Shown here: positions 16,927 through 25,574 of the stretch, one piece after another
Position numbering within the stretch: the first letter of the stretch is position 1
How the letters are laid out: every line of letters starts with the position of its first letter
NCBI GenBank assembly: GCA_964012725.1
Contig: CAXGTL010000001.1
Coordinates: forward strand, 1-57,113
Reading direction: 5' to 3'
Origin: Candidatus Woesearchaeota archaeon
GTDB lineage: Archaea > Nanobdellota > Nanobdellia > Woesearchaeales > CAXGTL01
Length of the DNA stretch: 57,113 nt
Made by a program: the position numbers and the translations under genes
The notes under the pieces: generated by a model
Told to the model about the DNA's origin: nothing
The model's input: the letters and a program-made list of their open reading frames with translations, nothing else
The model's database searches: none

Positions 16927-19098
16927 CTACTGATTATCAGTCAACCCTTTTCTTTCCCTAATCTTCTTAATAACTCTTTGCTGTAATTCCATTGGTAACT
17001 TTTCAAACATCTGATCTATTAATGAACTACTTCCTCTACCACCAGTTCCACTTCTTAAATCATTTGACCATCCAAATAATTCACCAACAGGCAATTTTGC
17101 TTTAGCAACAACTAATGAACCAACTTGATTCATTTCAAGTAATTGCCCTCTTCTATTACTAACTAATTTTGATATTTCTCCCATAAATTCTACAGGAGCT
17201 TCTATTCTTAAAACTTGTAATGGTTCAAAGATCAATGGTCCAGCTGTACTTATTGCACCCCTAATACCTTCTCTTACTGCAGGATATAACTGTGCAGGAC
17301 CTCTATGAATTGCGTCTTCATGCAATTTACAATCATTCATAATGATTAACATTTTAAGACAAGGATCTCTTGCTAATGGACCAGCTTTCATAACATCTTC
17401 AAACATGTCTAAAACCATTTCCATGATTTCATTAATATGAACAATACCTCTTGTTCCATCAACAAAAATATTTCCATTAAACACATCTTTAACTTTGTCT
17501 GCTTTTTTAGTATCCATACCAGCATCAATAAACTTTTGTCTAATTTCAAGATCCCTTTTCTTCATTCTCATTTCAGGAACTTCTCCCTTTTTAATCAAAT
17601 CATGAAGTTCAGGAGTTAAAGGTTGTGCTGTAAAGAACAAATGATTGTGTTTATTAGGTGATTTACCCATAGCTTCTTGACCAACCCTTGTTATAGCTTC
17701 TCTATAAACAACAATTGGATCAGAAGTTGTAACATCAAGCCCTTTTTCTTTTCTAATTCTTTCTTCTATAACTTCAAGATGTAATTCACCCATACCATGC
17801 ATTAAATATTCTCCTGTTTCTTCATTAATTTCAATTTTAATAGTAGGATCTTCTTTTCCAACCATACGTAGAATCTTTATTAACTTATCAAGATCACTTG
17901 GTTTTTTTACTTCAATTGCTTTTGTAATTACAGGATCAAAAATGTGTGTAATTTGCTCAAAAGGTTCTGTTTTATTAAAACTAACAGTTTCACCAGGATA
18001 AGCTTTGATTCCTGCTGCTCCAATAATATTTCCTGCAGGAATTTTATCAACAATTTCCCTTTTTGCACCTTTTCTAATAAAAATTTGTTGGATTCTTGCA
18101 GGTTGACCTAATCTATTAAGGAAAACTTGTTCACCTTTCTTCATTGTACCTGAAAACAATCTTCCAGTTGAAATTTCTCCTGCTTGAGGATCAACTTCTA
18201 CTTTAATAACTACAAAAAATAATGGTCCATTTGGATCACAGTTCATTAATGATTTTCCTTCTTCTGATTCAATATCACCATGCCAAATTTTAGGAATTCT
18301 ATATTTTTGTGCAACAATTGGATTTGGTAAATGCCTGATTACAGCATCAAGCACAACTTCATGAACTGGTGCTTTTTTTGCAAGAATTTTATAATTATCA
18401 GGATCATCTGATTGATAAGCATCAATTATTTCTTTAAATGAGATCTTATGTTCTTTCATATAAGAAACACTCATACCCCAATTATGTACAGCTGACCCAA
18501 AAGTAACACTACCATCTATAACATTTACTTGCCATTTTTCTTTAAACTCTTCTGGAGCATTTTCTTTAATAAATTCATTAACACCAGCAATAATTTTTAC
18601 AAATCTTTCCTGCATTTGTTCAGGTGTTAATTGTAACTCTTTTATCATTCTATCAACTTTATTAATAAAAAGTACAGGTTTTACTCTTTCACGCAAAGCT
18701 TGACGCAGAACAGTTTCTGTCTGAGGCATTACACCTTCAGATGCACAACATAATACAATTGCACCATCAACAGCTCTCATTGCTCTTGTTACATCACCAC
18801 CAAAGTCTACGTGACCAGGAGTGTCTATTAAATTGATTAAGAATTCATCATCTTTAAATGCATGAACCATTGATACTGATGCAGCATCAATTGTGATTCC
18901 ACGTTCTTGTTCATCTTCATGGAAATCCATTACTAATTGTTTACCAGCTAATTGTTCAGACATCATACCTGCTCCTGCAAGTAAGTTGTCAGTAAAAGTA
19001 GTTTTACCATGATCAATATGAGCACAAATAGCTATATTTCTAATTTGTGTTGGTTTTCCAACCAATCTCATTACCTTTTCAGTCATTGATTCTGCCAT
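16927..19098 (-). CDS. fusA: translation elongation factor aEF-2
   Basis: 723 aa. AHIDHGKTT, DTPGHVDF, NKVD, and the diphthamide-region HEDAIHRG. Confidence 0.97.
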   Translation of the reverse strand: MAESMTEKVMRLVGKPTQIRNIAICAHIDHGKTTFTDNLLAGAGMMSEQLAGKQLVMDFHEDEQERGITIDAASVSMVHAFKDDEFLINLIDTPGHVDFGGDVTRAMRAVDGAIVLCCASEGVMPQTETVLRQALRERVKPVLFINKVDRMIKELQLTPEQMQERFVKIIAGVNEFIKENAPEEFKEKWQVNVIDGSVTFGSAVHNWGMSVSYMKEHKISFKEIIDAYQSDDPDNYKILAKKAPVHEVVLDAVIRHLPNPIVAQKYRIPKIWHGDIESEEGKSLMNCDPNGPLFFVVIKVEVDPQAGEISTGRLFSGTMKKGEQVFLNRLGQPARIQQIFIRKGAKREIVDKIPAGNIIGAAGIKAYPGETVSFNKTEPFEQITHIFDPVITKAIEVKKPSDLDKLIKILRMVGKEDPTIKIEINEETGEYLMHGMGELHLEVIEERIRKEKGLDVTTSDPIVVYREAITRVGQEAMGKSPNKHNHLFFTAQPLTPELHDLIKKGEVPEMRMKKRDLEIRQKFIDAGMDTKKADKVKDVFNGNIFVDGTRGIVHINEIMEMVLDMFEDVMKAGPLARDPCLKMLIIMNDCKLHEDAIHRGPAQLYPAVREGIRGAISTAGPLIFEPLQVLRIEAPVEFMGEISKLVSNRRGQLLEMNQVGSLVVAKAKLPVGELFGWSNDLRSGTGGRGSSSLIDQMFEKLPMELQQRVIKKIRERKGLTDNQ

Positions 19099-19107
19099 TT
19101 TTTCATT

Positions 19108-19176
19108 TACCTCTAAATTTTATATTTTGAGGTCCATAAATCATTTGATTTATGATACCTCTAAATTTTATATTTT
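19108..19176. repeat. 21-nt perfect direct repeat flanking a 9-bp hairpin in the aEF-2 upstream region
   Basis: TACCTCTAAATTTTATATTTT at 19108-19128 and 19156-19176. Between the copies lies CATAAATCA-TT-TGATTTATG. On the mRNA strand each copy reads AAAATATAAAATTTAGAGGTA, i.e. a TATA-like element plus an SD. Confidence 0.8.
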
Positions 19177-19230
19177 ATTTTTTTATACTTTATTTAATAC
19201 TTTATTTAATCTGAATTATTTTTTTAAATT

Positions 19231-19710
19231 TTAAAATACATGTTTTTCATGTACTGTTGTATAATCATGAAGTTCTTCTATTCCAAACCATAACTTGATT
19301 TCATTTTCTGCATCTTCTTTATTACCTGAAGCATGAATTAAGTTTTTAATAGAAATACCCTTTTTATCAGTATACTCATAACTATGATGGGAATAATCTC
19401 CTCTAATAGTCCCAGGTGCAGCAGTTCTTGGTTCTGTTCCACCAACAGTTTTTCTTACTAAATCAACTGCATGTAACCCTTCTAAAACTACAGCAATAAC
19501 TGGCCCTTCGACTATAAAGTTCTCTAATCCTTTGTAAAAATCTTTTCCTAAATGAGCTTTGTAATGTTTTTTAGCAAAGTCTCTGTCAACCCAAACCATT
19601 TTCATTCCAGAAATCTTTAAACCAATTTTTTCAAACCTACTAACAATTTCGCCACAGATTCCTCTCTGAACACAGTCTGGTTTTAATAATATTAATGTTC
19701 TTTCTATCAT
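19231..19710 (-). CDS. ndk: nucleoside diphosphate kinase
   Basis: 159 aa. ERTLILLKPD, GTIRGD, NLIHASG (catalytic His). Confidence 0.9.
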   Translation of the reverse strand: MIERTLILLKPDCVQRGICGEIVSRFEKIGLKISGMKMVWVDRDFAKKHYKAHLGKDFYKGLENFIVEGPVIAVVLEGLHAVDLVRKTVGGTEPRTAAPGTIRGDYSHHSYEYTDKKGISIKNLIHASGNKEDAENEIKLWFGIEELHDYTTVHEKHVF

Positions 19711-19758
19711 TTTATGATTTTCTTTCTATTTTTATTTTTTCTTTAGTTATTTCTTTAT

Positions 19759-19953
19759 TTACTTCTTAGACTTTTTCTTAGATTTTTTTAAATAATGTTT
19801 ACTCCATCTAGTAGCAATTGGTTTTCGTCCTAATTTTATAAGATTCTTTTCACATTTATTAGAACAAAAATAAAAAATCTTACCATCAGTCTTTACATAC
19901 ATTTTTCCTGTTCCTTTTGGAATTTCTATTCCACAAAAAGTGCACTTCACCAT
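19759..19953 (-). CDS. rpl24e: 50S ribosomal protein L24e
   Basis: Track ORF trimmed to ATG 19953 (MVKCTFCGIEIPKGTG...FCSNKC zinc ribbon). The longer track ORF overlaps S28e. Confidence 0.85.
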   Translation of the reverse strand: MVKCTFCGIEIPKGTGKMYVKTDGKIFYFCSNKCEKNLIKLGRKPIATRWSKHYLKKSKKKSKK

Positions 19954-19957
19954 TTTC

Positions 19958-20260
19958 TTACACCTTTCCCCGACCTTTTTTACCAATAGGTCTTGCTTCA
20001 ATTTCAGTTTCTCTAAGCATTAAAATATCTCCAAGTTTAACAGGTCCTTTAACATTTCTTCTAAGGATTTTGTTTTTATCTCTTCCGTCTAAAACTTTAC
20101 ACCTAACTTGAGATGCTTCTCCTCTTGAACCAGTTCTTCCTATTACTTCTTCAACACGTGCAGGCACTGCTCGTGTAAAAAAAACTTGTCCTTTAGAAAC
20201 TTCTTCAGTTTTTCCTTTACCTTTACCTTTTATTTGTGTTTTTTTAATTGCATCTGGCAT
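19958..20260 (-). CDS. rps28e: 30S ribosomal protein S28e with ~30-aa K/G-rich N-terminal extension
   Basis: Core [26 protein letters not shown]...[13 protein letters not shown]. No internal Met is available to shorten the ORF. Confidence 0.85.
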   Translation of the reverse strand: MPDAIKKTQIKGKGKGKTEEVSKGQVFFTRAVPARVEEVIGRTGSRGEASQVRCKVLDGRDKNKILRRNVKGPVKLGDILMLRETEIEARPIGKKGRGKV

Positions 20261-20335
20261 TTTTTATCAACCTACCTTAATTATATTGTAATATTTTTTA
20301 TTTATATTATTTTTATCAAAATTAAAATAAAATTT

Positions 20336-20677
20336 TTATTCTGACTTTGCTAAAGATTCAACTAATTTTTTAGCTTCACCTTCATTAACAACTGCAACAG
20401 CTGATGTTCCTAGTTCTAATCCTGCAGCTGCACCTAGTTCTTCTTTTGTTGCAACTTCGTAACATTTTAATCCTTTTTCATCGCATAATAAAGGAATATG
20501 CATAACGATTTCAGGTGGTGTTACATCTTTTGCAATTGCAACTAATTTTGCTTTACCTTTTTCAATTACTTTTGTAACTTCGTTTGAACCTTTTGCAAGT
20601 TTTCCAGTTGTCTTAGCTACTTCAATAGCTTCAAATACTTTTTCTTGTACATCTTTTGATGCTTCTATTTTTGGCAT
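20336..20677 (-). CDS. rpl7ae: 50S ribosomal protein L7Ae (k-turn binding)
   Basis: 113 aa. KGSNEVTKVIEKGKAKLVAIAKDV and EELGAAAG blocks. GGAGGA upstream of the ATG. Confidence 0.92.
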   Translation of the reverse strand: MPKIEASKDVQEKVFEAIEVAKTTGKLAKGSNEVTKVIEKGKAKLVAIAKDVTPPEIVMHIPLLCDEKGLKCYEVATKEELGAAAGLELGTSAVAVVNEGEAKKLVESLAKSE

Positions 20678-20699
20678 GTTTATCTTCCTCCTATAGAGT

Positions 20700-20847
20700 T
20701 TATATTAATTGATTATTACCAAGGCATTTCGTTAGAACGAATACCTCAATCCACACTTCATATGAAATGTTTCATCAATCATTGGTATGTCAAAAATCAC
20801 TAAAGTGATTTTTGATCATGCTCAGGAATTTACAATTCCTGACATAT
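20700..20847 (-). promoter_or_regulatory. structured leader upstream of L7Ae (hairpins plus a box-C-like UGAUGA)
   Basis: mRNA-sense AUGUCAGGAAUU-GUA-AAUUCCUGA GCAUGA UCAAAAAUCACU-UU-AGUGAUUUUUGA CAU forms a three-way junction, followed by CCAAUGAUUGAUGAAAC and the hairpin GGUAUUCGUU..AACGAAAUGCC. A homologous module lies at 29162-29262. Confidence 0.4.
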
Positions 20848-20902
20848 TATATGAGATTGAGAAATAGTTTATAAAGTTAACTAAAATTTTAAAATTTTTA
20901 GT

Positions 20903-20958
20903 GACTTTATACTCAAAAATATATGATTTTTGTTGTATAAAGTTTTTGGAAATTTAAA
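20903..20958. repeat. 3'-end hairpin repeat, copy a (10 nt after the subtilase stop codon)
   Basis: GACTTTATACTCAAAAATATATGATTTTTGTTGTATAAAGTTTTTGGAAATTTAAA is about 80 percent identical to 24880-24938. It contains the CAAAAAT/ATTTTTG hairpin nested in ACTTTATAC/GTATAAAGT. Confidence 0.7.
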
Positions 20959-20968
20959 TATAAGATTT

Positions 20969-23900
20969 CTATTTCTTCCTTTTCCTTTTCTTCTTGCCAT
21001 GCTTACCAAACTTATGCTTCCTAACCCAATAACCAGTAGGCACAACTATAAATAAGAAGATAACTAAACTTAACAAAGAAAAAAACAATGTTGATGAGAA
21101 AAACTCTAATCCAAACAATGGCTGCTCTTCATCCTTTTCAACTAATCCATCAGAAACCACAGAACCAGTTACTTGATTCACTTCAACTTCAGGCACAAAA
21201 TTTTCATTTAATGTAATTGCCATATAATTAAAACCATTAACTTCAGTTTTATAAAAATAATAATCAGACGATGTACTTTTCCAAATAACTGGATAAGAAG
21301 TCCATTCTTTATCCTGAGTATCATATAAATTTAATTTCACAGTTGACATGTTAAGATCATTTTCAATAACAAAAGATTTATTCAATCTAAAATCAATTAA
21401 AACATTTTTAAGATTATCATTATCAATATTTGTTGCTTCAAGATTCATATATTTATACACAATATCAGGTGCAGAGACTTTAACTCTTTTTGGTTGTTTT
21501 TTATAAGACTTTATTGTTAATGTAACAGACTTGCTTTGATTAAAAACTTCAAAATCAAGATCAGTGATTGGTATTATTTCAGATTCAACCTTAACAATCT
21601 TTGATTGACCCTGTCCAATCACAGCATAACCATATGTTTTAGTTTCTTCTTCATTAACTTCTGCTCCAGAACCTCCGCCACCACCAGAAGAACCTCCGCC
21701 GCCACCACCACCTCCACCATCATCAGTACTACATCCTTGATATACAGCAGCACTTCCATCATTACAATCACTTCCCAAAGGACATCCACTTCCATAACCA
21801 TCTCCATCTCTATCTGCACATTGTTCATGCACAGCAGAATGTGTTAAACCAGTTATTCTATACCTAGTATTATTATTTATTCTTGAACAATTATAAACAC
21901 TATCTAAACCATTACAAGTAACCAATCTTTCATTTGCACCATTACATCCAGGAGTTATTTGTGACAAATTATTAATATCAGCATCTTTTACACAAAGAGT
22001 ATTAAAGCTTGCATTTATATCATCTACATAAACAGTTTTTGTTCCACTTACTTGTAATCCTTTAACAATTAAGAATCCTCTTGAATAAGTTGTATTTTGT
22101 TTTGAAATTGTAACATTATAAAGATTAATATTAGCAAGGCTAGTGTTTGTCACAGCTTCAATTGTTAAGTTTTCATCAATCTGCATTGTAAGATTATATT
22201 CTCCAGCAAACTGTTGAACAAGGTTGGTAGAGTTGTCTATTAATACAGTTAGGTTTAATGCAGAACCACCACCAGCACTTCCTGATGAAGATGTAGCAGT
22301 TACAGATGAAGAATTTCCTTGCACATTATCATTAGTATCTACAAGACCATCATTATCATCGTCAGTATCTAATATATCATAAACACTATCATTATCAGCA
22401 TCTGTTAAATCACCAACATTAATTTGAACAATCTGCGATGTATGTAACAAAGAATCATTCACTGTAATATTTACATAATAAATACCAGTATTAAAATAAG
22501 TAACATTCCACATAAATCTATTACTAAATTTTGATATATTACTCATATTAATATCATAATATAAAGTATCTGCATCAGAATCTGTTGCAGTAACTGTAAA
22601 ATCAACAGAATCATTAGTATCTAAGTCAACCCAAACTGTAATATTTTCAATCAATGTTATCACAGGCCTAGCATTAACACTAGTATTACAATATTGTATT
22701 TCTGATTTAAACAAAGTATCAGAAGAATCATTCATATAAACAGTATAATTATGAAACCCAGTTAAACCAGTTACATTTAAATAAAAATTATTACCATCAG
22801 CATTAGGTGTTAATGTATAATTAGTTCCATTTATTCCTACAAAAGAATTATTAATTTTTCTGTATGTAGTTATATTTACATAAATGCTTGATGCATGTAT
22901 TGAAGAACCATTTTCAGGTGTTGGACCTACAAAACTAACATTTGGAACCATGGATAAATATGCATCAATCCTTGGAAAACCTGAAATTGAAACATTTGTT
23001 GTTTGAATTAAAGTATTGATTTCAGAAACAGTTAAATTTATTTGGTTTTTTTCCCATTGATCTTGACGTAATAAAGCAATTGCTCCTGCAACATGCGGTG
23101 CTGACATTGAAGTACCACTTGCAATTGCAAAAGTTGTAGGAGTACCAATATATGTTGAAGTAATTGACACACCTGGTGCTAAAATTTCTAAATCAGAGTT
23201 TCTATTTGAACTAGAATACAAAGCATCATTATCATCTGAACCACCTACAGAGATTACTTGAGAATTACAAGCAGGATAAGATAATTTTGTTGTTGAACCA
23301 TCATTACCAGATGATGCAATAACTGTAATGTTAACATCATAAGCAGAAGCAATAGATGCATCAATATTAGTTGGACAATCAGAAGAAGTATACAATTCTT
23401 CTGTACCTAAACTCATGGAAATTATTGTTATATTATATGCATCTTTATTAGTAACGCACCAATCAATACCAGAACCTGTATCTGAGATATCTCCTCCTCC
23501 TCCAGAATTAAGTGATTTTATTGCAACAATGTTTGCATCAGGAGCAACACCATAATAAGTTGCATGATCCGATACAATAATACCTGCAACATGTGTTCCG
23601 TGACCAAAATCATCATCACACGCATCATTATTAGCAGTACAAACAGTATTTGTTATTGTATTTTTTCCTGCTAAAACTTTTACACCAAATTCTGTACCAA
23701 GATTACTATGATTATAATAAATTCCGGAATCAATTACACATATTGTTTGACCAGTACCAGTTATATTATTTTGATTAACTCTTCTTGCCCAAACTTCAGG
23801 TGCATGAATAACAGGAACAGATGCATCTAAAAATGCTTTTACAGGCATATCAAAATCAACTGATTCAACAAAAGGATTTAAGATTAATTCTTGTATTGCT

Positions 23901-24277
23901 TCTTGATTTGCTGTGCCTGTGATAATTGGAGAATTTTCAAACTGTGAATCAACAATAAACTCAGGATCAGAATCTACATTAGTATCAGAAGTAGAACTTA
24001 CATCATTTGATGCATCTAAATCATCTAAAACTTCTTCTTGTATTTCTTCAATTATTTCTTTCTCTGTTTTGTCACCAACTACTAAATCCTCAACAACAGA
24101 GTCTTTTAACTTAACAATAACTTTGACTTCATCTTGGTCTTCTAATATATCAATAACTTCTTCAGAAACTTTGACTTCATCATCATCAACAGAAACAGAA
24201 ACAGAAACATTTACAACTAATAAAAACAAAATTATTATTACTAAATACCACCTCAGTTTATTCATATACTTTGTCAT
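20969..24277 (-). CDS. membrane-anchored subtilisin-like serine protease (S8) with large C-terminal extension
   Basis: 1102 aa. Signal peptide; catalytic D/H/S motifs VIDSGI, HGTHVAGI, SGTSMSAPHVAG. Asp-rich calcium-binding-like repeat DADNDSVYDILDTDDDNDGLVDTNDN, poly-Gly/Ser linker, C-terminal TM helix plus K/R tail. Confidence 0.9.
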   Translation of the reverse strand: MTKYMNKLRWYLVIIILFLLVVNVSVSVSVDDDEVKVSEEVIDILEDQDEVKVIVKLKDSVVEDLVVGDKTEKEIIEEIQEEVLDDLDASNDVSSTSDTNVDSDPEFIVDSQFENSPIITGTANQEAIQELILNPFVESVDFDMPVKAFLDASVPVIHAPEVWARRVNQNNITGTGQTICVIDSGIYYNHSNLGTEFGVKVLAGKNTITNTVCTANNDACDDDFGHGTHVAGIIVSDHATYYGVAPDANIVAIKSLNSGGGGDISDTGSGIDWCVTNKDAYNITIISMSLGTEELYTSSDCPTNIDASIASAYDVNITVIASSGNDGSTTKLSYPACNSQVISVGGSDDNDALYSSSNRNSDLEILAPGVSITSTYIGTPTTFAIASGTSMSAPHVAGAIALLRQDQWEKNQINLTVSEINTLIQTTNVSISGFPRIDAYLSMVPNVSFVGPTPENGSSIHASSIYVNITTYRKINNSFVGINGTNYTLTPNADGNNFYLNVTGLTGFHNYTVYMNDSSDTLFKSEIQYCNTSVNARPVITLIENITVWVDLDTNDSVDFTVTATDSDADTLYYDINMSNISKFSNRFMWNVTYFNTGIYYVNITVNDSLLHTSQIVQINVGDLTDADNDSVYDILDTDDDNDGLVDTNDNVQGNSSSVTATSSSGSAGGGSALNLTVLIDNSTNLVQQFAGEYNLTMQIDENLTIEAVTNTSLANINLYNVTISKQNTTYSRGFLIVKGLQVSGTKTVYVDDINASFNTLCVKDADINNLSQITPGCNGANERLVTCNGLDSVYNCSRINNNTRYRITGLTHSAVHEQCADRDGDGYGSGCPLGSDCNDGSAAVYQGCSTDDGGGGGGGGGSSGGGGGSGAEVNEEETKTYGYAVIGQGQSKIVKVESEIIPITDLDFEVFNQSKSVTLTIKSYKKQPKRVKVSAPDIVYKYMNLEATNIDNDNLKNVLIDFRLNKSFVIENDLNMSTVKLNLYDTQDKEWTSYPVIWKSTSSDYYFYKTEVNGFNYMAITLNENFVPEVEVNQVTGSVVSDGLVEKDEEQPLFGLEFFSSTLFFSLLSLVIFLFIVVPTGYWVRKHKFGKHGKKKRKRKK

Positions 24278-24533
24278 GATGCATTAATTTCCAAAAATAA
24301 ATAAAATTTTCCTCTTTATCAACTTTAAACAATAAAACAAAGCTTTTATCAATATGTACCCTTTTATATTCTTTTAGATTATGTCTTAAATTTTTATATC
24401 TATCTATTGAATTATGGTCATTATTTATAATTTGTTTTATTTTTTTATTTAGAATAATCACCCTTTTTCTATCTTTTTTAGAAAGCTTTTTTATCAAAAG
24501 CTTTAGTTCATTTGATATATCAAAACTAAACAT
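24258..24533 (-). CDS. RelE/ParE-type toxin (type II TA)
   Basis: Track ORF trimmed to ATG 24533. About 91 aa, basic, ending KSFVLLFKVDKEENFIYFWKLMHHDKVY, typical of RelE-fold mRNA interferases. Immediately follows the antitoxin stop. Confidence 0.6.
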   Translation of the reverse strand: MFSFDISNELKLLIKKLSKKDRKRVIILNKKIKQIINNDHNSIDRYKNLRHNLKEYKRVHIDKSFVLLFKVDKEENFIYFWKLMHHDKVYE

Positions 24534-24534
24534 T

Positions 24535-24789
24535 TCAACCACACAATCTATCAAGCTCTTTTATACTCATCTTTCTTTTGAATTTATGTTTCTTTTTCCA
24601 ATTCTCACAATCATGAATCATTTTATTCACGACTTCTTCTTTTACTTGTTTTTCTATAAACTCTTCACCAAACATTTCTGCAAACCTATCTAAAGCTTCA
24701 GCTTTATCTCTTAATCCAAACTTTTCCTTTATAACACCTAAGACCCTACTTGTATAATCATCAACTTTTACATTCATTGAAACACTCAT
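24535..24789 (-). CDS. putative antitoxin partner of the RelE-like toxin
   Basis: 84 aa. N-terminal VKVDDYTSRVLGVIKEKFGLRDKAEALDRFAEMF resembles small archaeal antitoxins. Double SD GAGGTGAGGT upstream. Confidence 0.5.
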   Translation of the reverse strand: MSVSMNVKVDDYTSRVLGVIKEKFGLRDKAEALDRFAEMFGEEFIEKQVKEEVVNKMIHDCENWKKKHKFKRKMSIKELDRLCG

Positions 24790-24879
24790 ATTACCTCACC
24801 TCACATAAAATTAGTTTATATTAGTTAGAATTAGTAGAGGTTATATATAAAAGTATCGGAAATCTTTATAAGATTTCTG

Positions 24880-24938
24880 GACTTTTATGCCCAAAAATCT
24901 ATTTGATTTTTGATGTATAAGTGTTTCGGAAATTTAAA
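24880..24938. repeat. 3'-end hairpin repeat, copy b (6 nt after the NMD3-like stop codon)
   Basis: GACTTTTATGCCCAAAAATCTATTTGATTTTTGATGTATAAGTGTTTCGGAAATTTAAA; see copy a at 20903. Confidence 0.7.
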
Positions 24939-24944
24939 CAACAT

Positions 24945-25559
24945 TCAAACAATATAAATCCCTTTCCACAGAACAATATTAACCTTTTCACCTAACTTCA
25001 GTTTTCTAAGTTTTTCATTCTTAACTTCAACAGATTCATATGTTTCTGGATGAAGAACCTCAACACTAGGCTTTATCTTAGAAATAGTTGTTTCATATGT
25101 GTCTAAAACAGAAACCTTGTCAGAATATTTAAAAGATATTTTTTTATTAAGAACAATGTCAGTTCCTGAAACCTTTTTACTAACATTTTTAACAAGAACT
25201 AGTTTTTTATTAAAAACAATAACGTCAGACTTACCAAATTCAGGGACTTTAAACAAAACATTAAGTCTAAAGATATGCCTTCCTGTTTGTTTATCTTGAG
25301 AAAATAAATGTTCATTTAATGAAACAATTCCACCAAATTCTTCATATAGTTTATTAGAAATTGTTCTTAAAAACTTTTTAGATGAAAGATATATGTCTAC
25401 ACCATTTTTAACTTTTGCTTCCTTTGCAATGTAAACATTCTTTTTTTCATACTTTTTAACATACCTAAGCAAAAAATCCATCACTTTTTGGTTAGGGTTT
25501 CTAATCTGTAAAACTCCTTCAAAATACTGATTTGGGTTGTGTTTTGCTACTTGTGTCAT
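24945..25559 (-). CDS. NMD3-family protein lacking the N-terminal zinc-finger region
   Basis: 204 aa. YFEGVLQIRNP...GVDIYLSS...FGG...TGRHIFRLNVLFKVPEF matches the NMD3 core as I remember it. No Cys clusters present. Confidence 0.6.
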   Translation of the reverse strand: MTQVAKHNPNQYFEGVLQIRNPNQKVMDFLLRYVKKYEKKNVYIAKEAKVKNGVDIYLSSKKFLRTISNKLYEEFGGIVSLNEHLFSQDKQTGRHIFRLNVLFKVPEFGKSDVIVFNKKLVLVKNVSKKVSGTDIVLNKKISFKYSDKVSVLDTYETTISKIKPSVEVLHPETYESVEVKNEKLRKLKLGEKVNIVLWKGIYIV

Positions 25560-25574
25560 TTTTATTATTACATA

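Noticed and set aside
21605-21847. Two track ORFs (plus and minus strand) in the GC-rich stretch of the subtilase gene.
   Set aside because: They are low-complexity readings of the poly-Gly/Ser linker region inside a 1102-aa ORF with clear protease motifs.
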